This document shows positions 38,368-47,413 of a stretch of 64,000 nt of DNA, piece by piece. The notes under the pieces are model-generated. The model did no database searches. It saw only the letters and a list, made by a program, of their open reading frames with translations, and was not told where the DNA came from. How positions within the stretch are numbered: the stretch's first letter is position 1; every line of letters begins with the position of its first letter. Both the position numbers and the translations under genes were made by a program. Source of the DNA: Candidatus Woesearchaeota archaeon (GTDB lineage: Archaea > Nanobdellota > Nanobdellia > Woesearchaeales > GW2011-AR9); the NCBI GenBank assembly GCA_016188115.1, contig JACPIK010000002.1, positions 1,064,077-1,128,076 on the forward strand, given 5' to 3'.

Positions 38368-39585
38368 TTATTCTGTAATCCCCACAAACCCATTAATCAA
38401 TGATTCATCTTTTTCTTTGGTTCGAGTTGCTGCAAAGTAATAGGTATCTGGTTGAACAGGTGCAATCAAATACCGTAATTCATTGTTACAAATATGGGGT
38501 TCATGAAGTTGTGGCGCGTCACAACTCTCGATAAAAGGACCATTCACAAATTCTTCCTTGCCCAAAATTTGTCCAGTCTGCTCCAAAACAATAATTTGCG
38601 AAGCACTACCACTATATCCAACTAAACTATCCACATTAGTGTAATAAATGGTAAATGATAGCGCATCCTGATCGTAAGGAAAATGCACTGTATATCCTTG
38701 AGCAGTTTGCACTACTTTAGAAAGTGTAACTGGCAGTGCGTTTGTTGGTGTGAAATCTAACACAAAGGGATATCCTTGATCACTATTAAAGAAAACATAA
38801 CAAAATAAAACATCGCGACCCTGTGAAGTAAATTCAGGCACGTTACAATTCCCATACTGCCATCGTTGGGCACGGTTGGCATCAAGACACTTTTTAAGAT
38901 CTTCTTGGTTACGACAAGCAGAAAGTAACTGTGCTGTCTGTGCAAAAACAGCGTCGAGTTCTGCAAGTTGAGTAGGAAGAGTCACTCTTGAAACTAATTG
39001 AGTGGTATACTCCTTACGTGCAGCAGTTGTATCAAAAGCAGCCTTGGGTGTAATTGTATCCCAAAATGGAGCAGAACGAGGATCAATCTTCGTTGCGGAA
39101 GGTCGAGATTGAATTCGCGCAGGCGCAAGATATTCTACACGAGGTGCAGTGAGATAATGTTCCATGCTCGCAACCATAACGCCATTTTTCTGTTCTAACG
39201 TGATCTCGCGATCTACTTGTTGCGCAAGTTGTTGTTGCATCGCTTCTACAAACTCATCATATATTCTAGGAAAGCACATTTTCTCTTTCATATTCCAACG
39301 AGCAAAAGAGGCATACGTTCCACACCCGGTGTCATGAGAGGGCAAAGTAGAATATATTTTTTCCTGAGTAAGAAGACTATTTTCCAACACTTTTTTTTCA
39401 AACACATATTGGTCTTTCGCAGCTCGATACGCATATTCTTCAAGATACTTATACTGCCATTCACCTTTCACATGGGGTATCTCATCCATTCCTTTGTAAT
39501 TAAGAACGACAAATAGACCTATCGATGCAAAAATAACAAATACGATCAAAAACGCGACAGTTCCCTTCTTATGCAGTGAGTTCAT
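38368..39585 (-). CDS. Pilin-like (class III signal/anchor) surface protein, large
   Basis: 'HKKG|TVAFLIVFVIFASIGLFVVL' N-terminus, then a 370-aa extracytoplasmic domain with 8 Cys; last gene of the minus-strand cluster. Confidence 0.55.
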   Translation of the reverse strand: MNSLHKKGTVAFLIVFVIFASIGLFVVLNYKGMDEIPHVKGEWQYKYLEEYAYRAAKDQYVFEKKVLENSLLTQEKIYSTLPSHDTGCGTYASFARWNMKEKMCFPRIYDEFVEAMQQQLAQQVDREITLEQKNGVMVASMEHYLTAPRVEYLAPARIQSRPSATKIDPRSAPFWDTITPKAAFDTTAARKEYTTQLVSRVTLPTQLAELDAVFAQTAQLLSACRNQEDLKKCLDANRAQRWQYGNCNVPEFTSQGRDVLFCYVFFNSDQGYPFVLDFTPTNALPVTLSKVVQTAQGYTVHFPYDQDALSFTIYYTNVDSLVGYSGSASQIIVLEQTGQILGKEEFVNGPFIESCDAPQLHEPHICNNELRYLIAPVQPDTYYFAATRTKEKDESLINGFVGITE

Positions 39586-39893
39586 GATACTCCTCGTTCC
39601 TGATTTTGCTTTGGTAACTCGTCTTCTGCTTCAGCACCAGTTACTGTAGTCAGAACTTCTTTTTGTATTTCGAGTTTCTCTTGATTTCGCACTAATTCAT
39701 TATGATATACTTCAAAATCTGTTGTATGTGATATCGCTACATAATCCGCATTCTTTGTAGATCCTGCCAGTGACGAATAGAGGAAAAAATACGCTAAGAG
39801 TGAAACTGTAATAATAAACAGGAAATCGAACAGATCATCGACAATTCCCTTCTTACTTCTCGAATTTTTAGGTCTTGAATGAAGGTTTTGCAT
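39582..39893 (-). CDS. Pilin-like small protein
   Basis: 'RSKKG|IVDDLFDFLFIITVSLLAYFFL'; 4-nt overlap with the downstream gene. Confidence 0.5.
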   Translation of the reverse strand: MQNLHSRPKNSRSKKGIVDDLFDFLFIITVSLLAYFFLYSSLAGSTKNADYVAISHTTDFEVYHNELVRNQEKLEIQKEVLTTVTGAEAEDELPKQNQERGVS

Positions 39894-40443
39894 TCGGTGT
39901 ACCTCGTTCTATATCTTTTGGACTCTGCCTGCTCTGTACGCGTGCAGTATCTACCGCTTCCCATGCTCGCGCTGTCTTTCGCGGCAGTGTTTCTTGCACA
40001 TATATCATCAACTCATCTTTACTAAATTTGGATCCATCCCAGACTAACACATCTTTGCGCAAACTAAAGTGATCAACATTATAATAGTTGTTTGTCGCAA
40101 TTTGCGCAGCTAATGTATTTTTAAGTTGAAGTCTAAAATTAATCTCTCGATGACCTAACTCTTCAGGAGTTTTATAACAATCATCAAGCCGTTCTTGAGT
40201 AAATTTTGCCAAATCAATGCTCCCTATGATTACGTTTCCAGTTAGTTCATCTTGAAATGCAAAACAATCTGGATTATTTGCGAAACGCAATGAAATAAAA
40301 TCGGAACGAACTTCTGCGGGAACATGTGTCAATTTATCTTTATAACCTGAAATAAGAAAAACAAATGAGATCAGCAGTAAACTAATCGTAAATCCCATCA
40401 CCAACCAATACATACTCTTGCTCGCAACATCAAATACACTCAT
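39868..40443 (-). CDS. N-terminally anchored pilin-like protein
   Basis: 'SKSMYWLVMGFTISLLLISFVFLISG' anchor; 4-nt overlap with the upstream gene. Confidence 0.45.
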   Translation of the reverse strand: MSVFDVASKSMYWLVMGFTISLLLISFVFLISGYKDKLTHVPAEVRSDFISLRFANNPDCFAFQDELTGNVIIGSIDLAKFTQERLDDCYKTPEELGHREINFRLQLKNTLAAQIATNNYYNVDHFSLRKDVLVWDGSKFSKDELMIYVQETLPRKTARAWEAVDTARVQSRQSPKDIERGTPNAKPSFKT

Positions 40444-40958
40444 GGTCTCGCCTCAGTTGAGGGTGGTAACGGTGACGTTGGCAAGGATGATGCAGGGCAC
40501 TCTTGCAATGTGATTACTCTCTCTTTTTTATGGATACACACATGCTGTTTTGCTTCAATGAGTCCTTGGTTGGTCTGTCCCACATATCCCACAGGAAGAT
40601 AAAAATGCGCAGTTGTTTGGTCGTATACTCCATCTGTAGTTTGACGCAGCATAATCGTATCGGATGTTAAAATGAGAGTGTATTGGGTTAAATTTGCCGG
40701 ATATTCTACTAACACCTCTCCGGGTGTTGCGACAGCTGCATTTACCAGCATTGCTATATCCTGTGTGATACGTGTTTGCGTAACTGTTTGCGACTCTGCG
40801 AGTTGTGTTGCTATAGCAATGGTAATACCTGCCACAGCAATCACAAAAAGAACTTCAAATATCATTAATGCCGGTTTCACGCTGGCGCGTTTTGATCTTG
40901 GTAAAACAGTGAAGAATGGAATTTGTAATATCCTCAAAATCATGTTTTTAGAGATCAT
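40440..40958 (-). CDS. Pilin-like protein with Glu+5 type-IV-pilin-style N-terminus
   Basis: 'SKRASVKPA|LMIFEVLFVIAVAGITIAIA': Glu at +5 after the putative cleavage site, as in type IV pilins/pseudopilins. Confidence 0.5.
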   Translation of the reverse strand: MISKNMILRILQIPFFTVLPRSKRASVKPALMIFEVLFVIAVAGITIAIATQLAESQTVTQTRITQDIAMLVNAAVATPGEVLVEYPANLTQYTLILTSDTIMLRQTTDGVYDQTTAHFYLPVGYVGQTNQGLIEAKQHVCIHKKERVITLQECPASSLPTSPLPPSTEARP

Positions 40959-40962
40959 CTTC

Positions 40963-41574
40963 CTATTTTACCTGCAAATGAATTTTATGCGAATCTTTTA
41001 CAATTTCAAGAAGCAGACGTCGTTGGTCATGTTCTTCTCGATAATAATGAAATGGCACGATATCTATACCCTCCATAAATTCACAAGACAGTTTAGCACA
41101 ACTATACGTTTGTTGCGTTTTTACTATTCCATTTTCCTGTTCTTGATGTGAAATTTCAAATTTTCGTTCTTGACATAAACAGATACAATCCTTCTCGTTG
41201 CATTGGGAGGGATACTCGTATGCTTCTACAAAATCATAGGGTTCGCTTATTTCCACTCGAGAGGTTCCCCCTGGTCCTTCAACAATCTCGTTATCTCTTT
41301 TTTGTTCTGAATTAATCACCGTTAGTTGGTTTGCTTTAAATGTCACAATCGATGTCTCTTGATCCATAATCAAAATGATCGTTTTAACATCATCTCGCAT
41401 GTTAGGTTGCGCGAGTTGACGAATCGTATTTACCACTTCCCCGAAATTATGTTCTGCTTGATCACTAAGACGAAATACTTTAGAAACACCATAAATTGCT
41501 GTTCCAAAAATAAGTATTGCAAGCACTATAGTTAATAAAAAGTCCATTACAAATGCGTTTTTATGTAATCTCAT
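40963..41574 (-). CDS. Pilin-like protein
   Basis: 'RLHKNA|FVMDFLLTIVLAILIFGTAIYG' N-terminus; Cys-containing C-domain. Confidence 0.45.
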   Translation of the reverse strand: MRLHKNAFVMDFLLTIVLAILIFGTAIYGVSKVFRLSDQAEHNFGEVVNTIRQLAQPNMRDDVKTIILIMDQETSIVTFKANQLTVINSEQKRDNEIVEGPGGTSRVEISEPYDFVEAYEYPSQCNEKDCICLCQERKFEISHQEQENGIVKTQQTYSCAKLSCEFMEGIDIVPFHYYREEHDQRRLLLEIVKDSHKIHLQVK

Positions 41575-41620
41575 CTTTTTTCCTACTCAACAATTTTCCA
41601 TTTATTCTATCACTACTCAT

Positions 41621-41974
41621 TTATTCCACACAGCATTCTGGCTTTGCAGTTTTTCCATCTGGAGCAAACTTTGTTGCAGCAGTTTCTTCTGGACAGCCTT
41701 CAACTTTACCGTTTTCATCACCCGCAATACATACACATCGATCAAAAAGATCCACGACTCTATCTTTATCACAATCGTTACTACCCTCAATGTTTTCATT
41801 AATAACGCCAAACCCTTTATCGCCGCCGCTTTTAAACCAGATAATCAACAACACAAGCACAACCATTGCAATAGTAGCACCAATAATAATCCACCACATT
41901 TCTGATGAACCATTGCGCGTCTTTTTACATTTCTCTTGCTTAAAATAGTTTGAAATAGTTCGCATCAGTATCAC
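41621..41974 (-). CDS. Small membrane-anchored Cys-rich protein ('MWWIIIGA' family, paralog of 44194..44568)
   Basis: 'KKTRNGSSEMWWIIIGATIAMVVLVLLIIWF', then ~70 aa with 7 Cys including 'PECC'. Confidence 0.5.
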   Translation of the reverse strand: MILMRTISNYFKQEKCKKTRNGSSEMWWIIIGATIAMVVLVLLIIWFKSGGDKGFGVINENIEGSNDCDKDRVVDLFDRCVCIAGDENGKVEGCPEETAATKFAPDGKTAKPECCVE

Positions 41975-41993
41975 TCCTTGTGTTTATTCTTTT

Positions 41994-42881
41994 TTATTTT
42001 CCTTCATAATCGGATATCTCTTCACAATTATTTTTCAAAAACGGACCAATTGTTTTTGTTTCTAAATCAACTAGTATAATTGTATCTAGTTCAGTTTCTC
42101 TAAATGCCTTCTCGATAAGGTTCGATCCTCCCTCTAGAGCAACGATTGCCCCTCCAACAACCAAACCTACTCCGCCTGTCGCAAGACCATACACCAAGAA
42201 AGTTGTCCCTCCTACGGCTGCGGCGCCAGAAAGAAAGTTTCCATCTTCTTTCTTTGATTTAAACATAACTGCATACGCATGATCTTCAAGAATTCCTGCA
42301 GGAGTATTTGTTCCTGCTGCAACATTTGTTTCTTCACCAAAAAATCCCATCACCCGACCATTTCCGCCTCCTCGTTGGAAATAATCTAAATATGTCATTT
42401 CTTTATTTTTAGAATAAGGAGTTTCACGTAAGAATTGTTCAAATTCAGAAGGTGAAATTGCGTTTCCTTCTTCCAGATCTTTAATATCATCAATAATCAG
42501 GGAATAACACGTAAAACATCCATTCTCTGACCCAAAGAGAGGAAAATTAGCAAAAACATCATTGTTATATCTTCCTTCACCCATCATATCCCAACAACGA
42601 GCCATATTTTGAGCAATCTGGAGTTGCACATCATGTTTATCTCCTTTTATTTTCTTATCAATGGTTTTACATAAAATGGGTGCGCCTTTAACATCCGAAC
42701 CACCCACTTCTAAAGCCGCAGACATACGCAGAGCAATACTGCTTTTACATAACGTCTCCGCTTGAAGATCATCATTTTTTGCCTGAGCTTTCATCCAGAC
42801 CGTGACAATGACTAAAAAAGCAGCGATGGCTATAATTACGTAAATTAGAAATTGAAATTCACCGCGTTTGCAACGTCCCAT
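41994..42881 (-). CDS. Pilin-like large extracytoplasmic protein
   Basis: 'CKRG|EFQFLIYVIIAIAAFLVIVTV' N-terminus; Gly-rich C-terminal beta segment 'GGTTFLVYGLATGGVGLVVGG'. Confidence 0.5.
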   Translation of the reverse strand: MGRCKRGEFQFLIYVIIAIAAFLVIVTVWMKAQAKNDDLQAETLCKSSIALRMSAALEVGGSDVKGAPILCKTIDKKIKGDKHDVQLQIAQNMARCWDMMGEGRYNNDVFANFPLFGSENGCFTCYSLIIDDIKDLEEGNAISPSEFEQFLRETPYSKNKEMTYLDYFQRGGGNGRVMGFFGEETNVAAGTNTPAGILEDHAYAVMFKSKKEDGNFLSGAAAVGGTTFLVYGLATGGVGLVVGGAIVALEGGSNLIEKAFRETELDTIILVDLETKTIGPFLKNNCEEISDYEGK

Positions 42882-42958
42882 TCTCTCCCTCTTTTTATAG
42901 GTAGAAAGAGAGTGGGCTTTTTGAATTATTCGTTTTTAATGTTCTTGTTTTTCTCAGA

Positions 42959-43888
42959 TTAAGATGAAGAACAGGTAAGAAGATATCCTGTATCCAATGG
43001 TCTCATTCCTTCTTGTGTGAATTGTCGAATTAAATTTCCCTCTTCTGCAAGATCAGCCCCTAGACAATCATCATCAAGACCATCCGGATCATCTCCTGAA
43101 CAAGTGACGTCTCCTACTGTCGTGGGAAAGAAACAAATATGTTTTTTATCTGGAGTATAAAGCAATCCGCCATCTAACAAATTATTTCCTTCATCGTTAA
43201 TCTCTACCAATCCTAATGCAGAGTTCACTGTTGCTCGTATGGCATTTCCGGTAGCATCAAGACCGGAAGAACGAGTGATCGTAAGTGTTTCAACTGGAAA
43301 ATAATGCATTGCGTAATCACGTAACATACTTTCTTTTTTAATAGCAAAGGGCACATCGGGAAATCGGACATATGCTTCATAAAAATTCCCTGCAACATTT
43401 ACCTCTCTTCCATAGGCATCGTTACGTGTTCCGGCAATCACACAAGGTTTTACTCCTTCAATAAACTCATAGGATACTTCTTGAATCCCCCCTACTCCCC
43501 CAAGGACTTTGATACTCATACCTTCTTTTCCTTCTTTATTTTTACCAGAAGCGAGTACTAGCGATGTCCCCTCTTCACCAAGGTCAGGAAATCCCGATTC
43601 ACCTATTCTTTCGTTATATCGAGCAAAACAATACGATTCTTTTGCATTATGCATCAAAGTTATAGTTTTTTTAAGTTGCATAATTACTTTCTCATGTGAA
43701 GAAGGAATGGCAGGTTTTGTTCCTGGAGTTTCACTAACACCAATATCCACAAAATTCTTTGCATTATGTGTGCTATCCTTTGCTTTTGTAAAGCTACCGT
43801 TAGGACCATACGCCCACAAAAGAAGTAAAACCATAATAATTATCAGAACGGCAACACCCACCACCTTTTCAAAAGAATAACTGCTCAT
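42959..43888 (-). CDS. N-terminally anchored extracytoplasmic protein
   Basis: Probable start 'MSSYSFEKVVGVAVLIIIMVLLLLWAYG'; the ORF-track start at 43912 is GTG. Confidence 0.45.
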   Translation of the reverse strand: MSSYSFEKVVGVAVLIIIMVLLLLWAYGPNGSFTKAKDSTHNAKNFVDIGVSETPGTKPAIPSSHEKVIMQLKKTITLMHNAKESYCFARYNERIGESGFPDLGEEGTSLVLASGKNKEGKEGMSIKVLGGVGGIQEVSYEFIEGVKPCVIAGTRNDAYGREVNVAGNFYEAYVRFPDVPFAIKKESMLRDYAMHYFPVETLTITRSSGLDATGNAIRATVNSALGLVEINDEGNNLLDGGLLYTPDKKHICFFPTTVGDVTCSGDDPDGLDDDCLGADLAEEGNLIRQFTQEGMRPLDTGYLLTCSSS

Positions 43889-43889
43889 T

Positions 43890-44042
43890 CTATAACAAAT
43901 CCCCCAGTCCACCCAATAAATCAGTTAAGTCGCCGCCTAACACTGCAAACCACACAATAACAAAGATAAGAAACGCTAAACCTAGAATCATGAGTATTAA
44001 ATGCCATGCTTCCATTCCTTTTTTGTTCACCTTACGATTCAT
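43890..44042 (-). CDS. Tiny pilin-like membrane protein (50 aa), not in the ORF track
   Basis: My translation: MNRKVNKKGMEAWHLILMILGLAFLIFVIVWFAVLGGDLTDLLGGLGDLL. Stop lies 1 nt before the next gene's ATG; ATGA overlap with the upstream small ORF. Confidence 0.4.
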   Translation of the reverse strand: MNRKVNKKGMEAWHLILMILGLAFLIFVIVWFAVLGGDLTDLLGGLGDLL

Positions 44043-44185
44043 GATAATAATTTCCCTCGCAATTTAAACGCATAAAATAGTAACGCCATCCCTAACAATA
44101 AGACCAAAATTATGATCATCAGAGTATTTGGTGTTAACCAATCGCTGCCTTTCTTGGAACGAATAAAAGAAGTGAGAATACCCAT
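44039..44185 (-). CDS. Tiny pilin-like membrane protein (48 aa), not in the ORF track
   Basis: My translation: MGILTSFIRSKKGSDWLTPNTLMIIILVLLLGMALLFYAFKLRGKLLS. 'SKKG' followed by a TM segment. Confidence 0.4.
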   Translation of the reverse strand: MGILTSFIRSKKGSDWLTPNTLMIIILVLLLGMALLFYAFKLRGKLLS

Positions 44186-44193
44186 GCTCTCAC

Positions 44194-44568
44194 CTAAGTA
44201 CAATACATTTTTTTTGCACTAAATTGCACACATTGGCTATCTGCGGATTTTTGCGTGCAAACAGGATCAGTTCCTACTGTTTTACATTCAACCGGCACGC
44301 CTAAACAACACACTTTTGCGTCTCCACCAGCAGCGTTCCCACAATCAAACGCGCCATTCTCTAAAGTACTTCGGGGGCATTCTCCACTCGCAGCGCAAAT
44401 TCCTCCTTTTCCTTCACAATCACTTAACCCTGCTTCTAAGAGATTGGTTTTTCCTGTAAAAAGAACAATAAGAATAACTAAAACAAGAAGAGCAATCACT
44501 GCGCCAATAATAATCCACCACATGGTGGCATCAGCGCGACGTGATTGTAAAATTGATGTCATGACCAA
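44194..44568 (-). CDS. Small membrane-anchored Cys-rich protein ('MWWIIIGA' family)
   Basis: 'RRADATMWWIIIGAVIALLVLVILIVLF', then ~85 aa with 11 Cys ('KVCCLG'). Confidence 0.5.
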   Translation of the reverse strand: MVMTSILQSRRADATMWWIIIGAVIALLVLVILIVLFTGKTNLLEAGLSDCEGKGGICAASGECPRSTLENGAFDCGNAAGGDAKVCCLGVPVECKTVGTDPVCTQKSADSQCVQFSAKKMYCT

Positions 44569-44571
44569 CTC

Positions 44572-44916
44572 CTAATAACGGCAACCGTTTGCTTCACAGT
44601 TTGTTTTGTCATCATTCCAGCTTTTACACCGGCTGATTTCATCACGGAAACGAGATTGGGCAACTTCTTTATCTTCAGGCGTTGCTGCTTGAGAATATTC
44701 AGTTGTATACGTTGATTCACGCGCAACAGTTGGTTTACAAGAACCATAGCTAATCTTCATTTCTGCAAGATCAACATTTCCCTGCGCGCCGACACCTTGG
44801 TTAAAAATTGCGATTCTTCCTGTAAAAATAGCACCTAAAATAACTAAAATGAGGAGTGCTAATACTGCAACAATAATTACATTAATGGACATACTTTGCC
44901 CTTTGTTTGAAAGCAT
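44572..44916 (-). CDS. Archaeal type IV pilin-like protein (class III signal peptide, KGQ site)
   Basis: Likely start at internal Met: 'MLSNKGQ|SMSINVIIVAVLALLILVILGAIF'. The ORF-track 5' extension to 45084 would overlap the divergent gene. Confidence 0.55.
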   Translation of the reverse strand: MLSNKGQSMSINVIIVAVLALLILVILGAIFTGRIAIFNQGVGAQGNVDLAEMKISYGSCKPTVARESTYTTEYSQAATPEDKEVAQSRFRDEISRCKSWNDDKTNCEANGCRY

Positions 44917-45046
44917 ACTCTTCCACCTCTTTTTTTCTACTAACCTGGTAAACGGAAAATATGTATATAAAACTTGCTGTATGTGCGAGTGCTCATTCCA
45001 TTGCTCTGTCCCGCAATAGTTAAATAGTAAAAAGTGTCCTCTCGTT
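44917..45046. promoter_or_regulatory. Divergent promoter region between the pilin-like operon (minus) and the PEF-CTERM array (plus)
   Basis: ~130-bp AT-rich spacer separating the first genes of two oppositely oriented surface-protein clusters. Confidence 0.4.
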
Positions 45047-46153
45047 GTGATGTTTACACAAAGAGGTCGATTTTGGTTACTCATAGTGCTCTTCCTATTT
45101 CTTCTTCCATCTCTTGTTTTGAGCGGTGTTCATTTCGTTGACCCTACTCTGGCAAATAACACCCTTACCTCAAATCAAACTGTGTACATCAATGTTTCTT
45201 TTACAGAACTAAACCTTCAAAGTATAATTTACAATTGGAATAGCACTAATTTCACACTTTTCAACAGCTCAACTGTCTTGTTGTTGAACTTCAACAACCT
45301 TTCAAATTTAGGCGAAAACGGCAGTATTGTCAAAGATGCGAGTCTTTCTGGAAATAATGGCACTACTATTAATGGAAGTACTATCATCACTAATGGAAAA
45401 TATGGTTCTGCGATTACCTTTGATGGTCTAAGCGGATACGCCCGCATTCCTCACAGCACTTCTCTTCAATTTGGAACGGGTGGGTTTTCTATAAATTTTT
45501 GGATGAAAGTCAGCTCAACACCTGTTGTAAGTCAGACCGGACAAATTTTTGGCAAAAGAGTAGCTGGCGGTGGCAACTACGAGCTCCAAATCTCCAATGA
45601 AGTTCTTGTGGCCTACCTTGAAACTCCTACAACTCAGATTACTTCTACTTATAACATTAGCCAACATCTCGGAGAATGGATTTTTGTGACACTCAATCGT
45701 AATAATACTGCAGCAGGAATCTACGTTAATGGTTTGTTAAATACATCGGCAACATCAACCCAAAATATCAACAGTGTCGCACCATTAGAACTAGGTCGTG
45801 ATGGGGATGGAAAAAACGAGTATTTCAACGGGTCAATCGATAATTTTATGATTTTCAATCGTGGTCTTACTCACGCTGAAATCTTGGAGTTATACTTCTC
45901 AAATTTAGAACGACATAGCAATGAAAGTTGGACTTTTTTCATTAACCAAAGCCAAAATACCACTGGCGTTCTTGCCAACGGAACATACACCTATCAATTT
46001 TTTGCAACAAATAGTTCTGGCACTACTTCAAATACAACACAATGGCAAGTACGTATTGGACAACTGCTCGATGTTCCTGAATGGAGTACTCTAGGTATGG
46101 TAGTAATACTCATTATCACTATCTCTAGCTTCTTTCTACGTAAAGAAACATAA
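45047..46153 (+). CDS. Secreted LamG/ConA-like surface protein with variant PEF-type C-terminal anchor (paralog 1 of 5)
   Basis: Signal peptide; conserved N-module 'FVDPTLANNTLTSN..YINVSFTE'; 'FDGLSGYARIP...WMKV'; 'NGSIDNFMIFNRGLTHAEILELY'; C-terminus 'VPEWSTLGMVVILIITISSFFLRKET'. Confidence 0.7.
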   Translation: MMFTQRGRFWLLIVLFLFLLPSLVLSGVHFVDPTLANNTLTSNQTVYINVSFTELNLQSIIYNWNSTNFTLFNSSTVLLLNFNNLSNLGENGSIVKDASLSGNNGTTINGSTIITNGKYGSAITFDGLSGYARIPHSTSLQFGTGGFSINFWMKVSSTPVVSQTGQIFGKRVAGGGNYELQISNEVLVAYLETPTTQITSTYNISQHLGEWIFVTLNRNNTAAGIYVNGLLNTSATSTQNINSVAPLELGRDGDGKNEYFNGSIDNFMIFNRGLTHAEILELYFSNLERHSNESWTFFINQSQNTTGVLANGTYTYQFFATNSSGTTSNTTQWQVRIGQLLDVPEWSTLGMVVILIITISSFFLRKET

Positions 46154-46240
46154 AACCAGTCCAAGAAAAATTGTTCGCATGCATTTTCTCACTCGGAGCT
46201 CTTCGCAACTATTAAATACCTCATTTTTCTTATCTATTGT

Positions 46241-47356
46241 ATGGTTGTAGTGAAGAGGTTTATTTCTAATACGTTGTGTTTTATTCTTCTATTTTGTTTT
46301 ACCTCATTAACCTCCGCAACAGTAACTCCTACATTCATTAATCCTACGCCAGCCAACAACACAGTAACATCAAACACTTCTATTCTCATCAACATTTCTT
46401 TTACAGAACCATATCTTACCAATGTGACTTATATTTGGAATGGAACCAATTATACTCTCTATGATAACTCTACTCTTCTTTTCTTAATGGGTTTCAACAA
46501 TTTCTCTGGTATTGGTGATAACACCACAACTGCTGTCGATGTTTCTGCTCGCGCCCGCAATGGCACAATTACGGGAGCAATCTTCAATACGACTGGTCGT
46601 TACGGTGGCGCGTATAGTTTTATGGCAGGAAATCAATATATCCAAACTCAACGTAATTTCATGAACAACCTCTCCACCTTTTCTATGGCTGGTTGGGTTT
46701 ATGCAGAAGCAACAGGGAACAGAATTGCTTTTTTTGGTCAAAATGATGCTATCGAGTTTGGTTTCATTGATGCTAACACCATCACGTTTTATACTAGTGA
46801 TGCCTCAAGTGCTTCTTGGACAATTAACAGTACTCTCTTTCCTCTTAATGCGTGGAATTTCGTCGCCGTTACTGCAAATAATAATACTAATCCCTCTCTT
46901 ACAATTTATATTAACGGGATTGCCCAAGCAACCGGAGGCACTGTTACAGATACATTCGGCAATTCTGTTTATAATTTTAGCATCGGTGGATGTGTTTGGG
47001 ATCCAACAGGCAATAATTTCACTGGAATGATTGATGAAGTGATGGTTTTTAACCGCACACTCACTCCTGCAGAAGTGTATCTCACATATAGTTCTAATCT
47101 TTACAAATATGCTAATGATCAATGGTATCTCTCTATTAATCAAAGTCTTAATGCAACGCAAACTCTTGTCAATGGCACTTATACCTACCAAGTTTTTACG
47201 CAAAATATCTCCGGAACTTCATTAAACACAGAACAACGTACAGTTATCATCGGACAGCTTCCAGGTGTACCTGAATTCGGCGAGTGGGCAATACTACTTA
47301 TTTTAATCTCTACTGTTCTGGGGTACTTTCAAATGAAAAAAGCTAATTTGTCTTAG
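46241..47356 (+). CDS. Secreted LamG/ConA-like surface protein, PEF-CTERM (paralog 2)
   Basis: 'FINPTPANNTVTSNTSILINISFTE'; 'DEVMVFNRTLTPAEVYLTY'; C-terminus 'VPEFGEWAILLILISTVLGYFQMKKANLS'. Confidence 0.75.
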   Translation: MVVVKRFISNTLCFILLFCFTSLTSATVTPTFINPTPANNTVTSNTSILINISFTEPYLTNVTYIWNGTNYTLYDNSTLLFLMGFNNFSGIGDNTTTAVDVSARARNGTITGAIFNTTGRYGGAYSFMAGNQYIQTQRNFMNNLSTFSMAGWVYAEATGNRIAFFGQNDAIEFGFIDANTITFYTSDASSASWTINSTLFPLNAWNFVAVTANNNTNPSLTIYINGIAQATGGTVTDTFGNSVYNFSIGGCVWDPTGNNFTGMIDEVMVFNRTLTPAEVYLTYSSNLYKYANDQWYLSINQSLNATQTLVNGTYTYQVFTQNISGTSLNTEQRTVIIGQLPGVPEFGEWAILLILISTVLGYFQMKKANLS

Positions 47357-47413
47357 GCACTTAAGACCACTCTTCCCGTAAAGGTTAAATATCCTACGAA
47401 CAGCGTTTTATTC

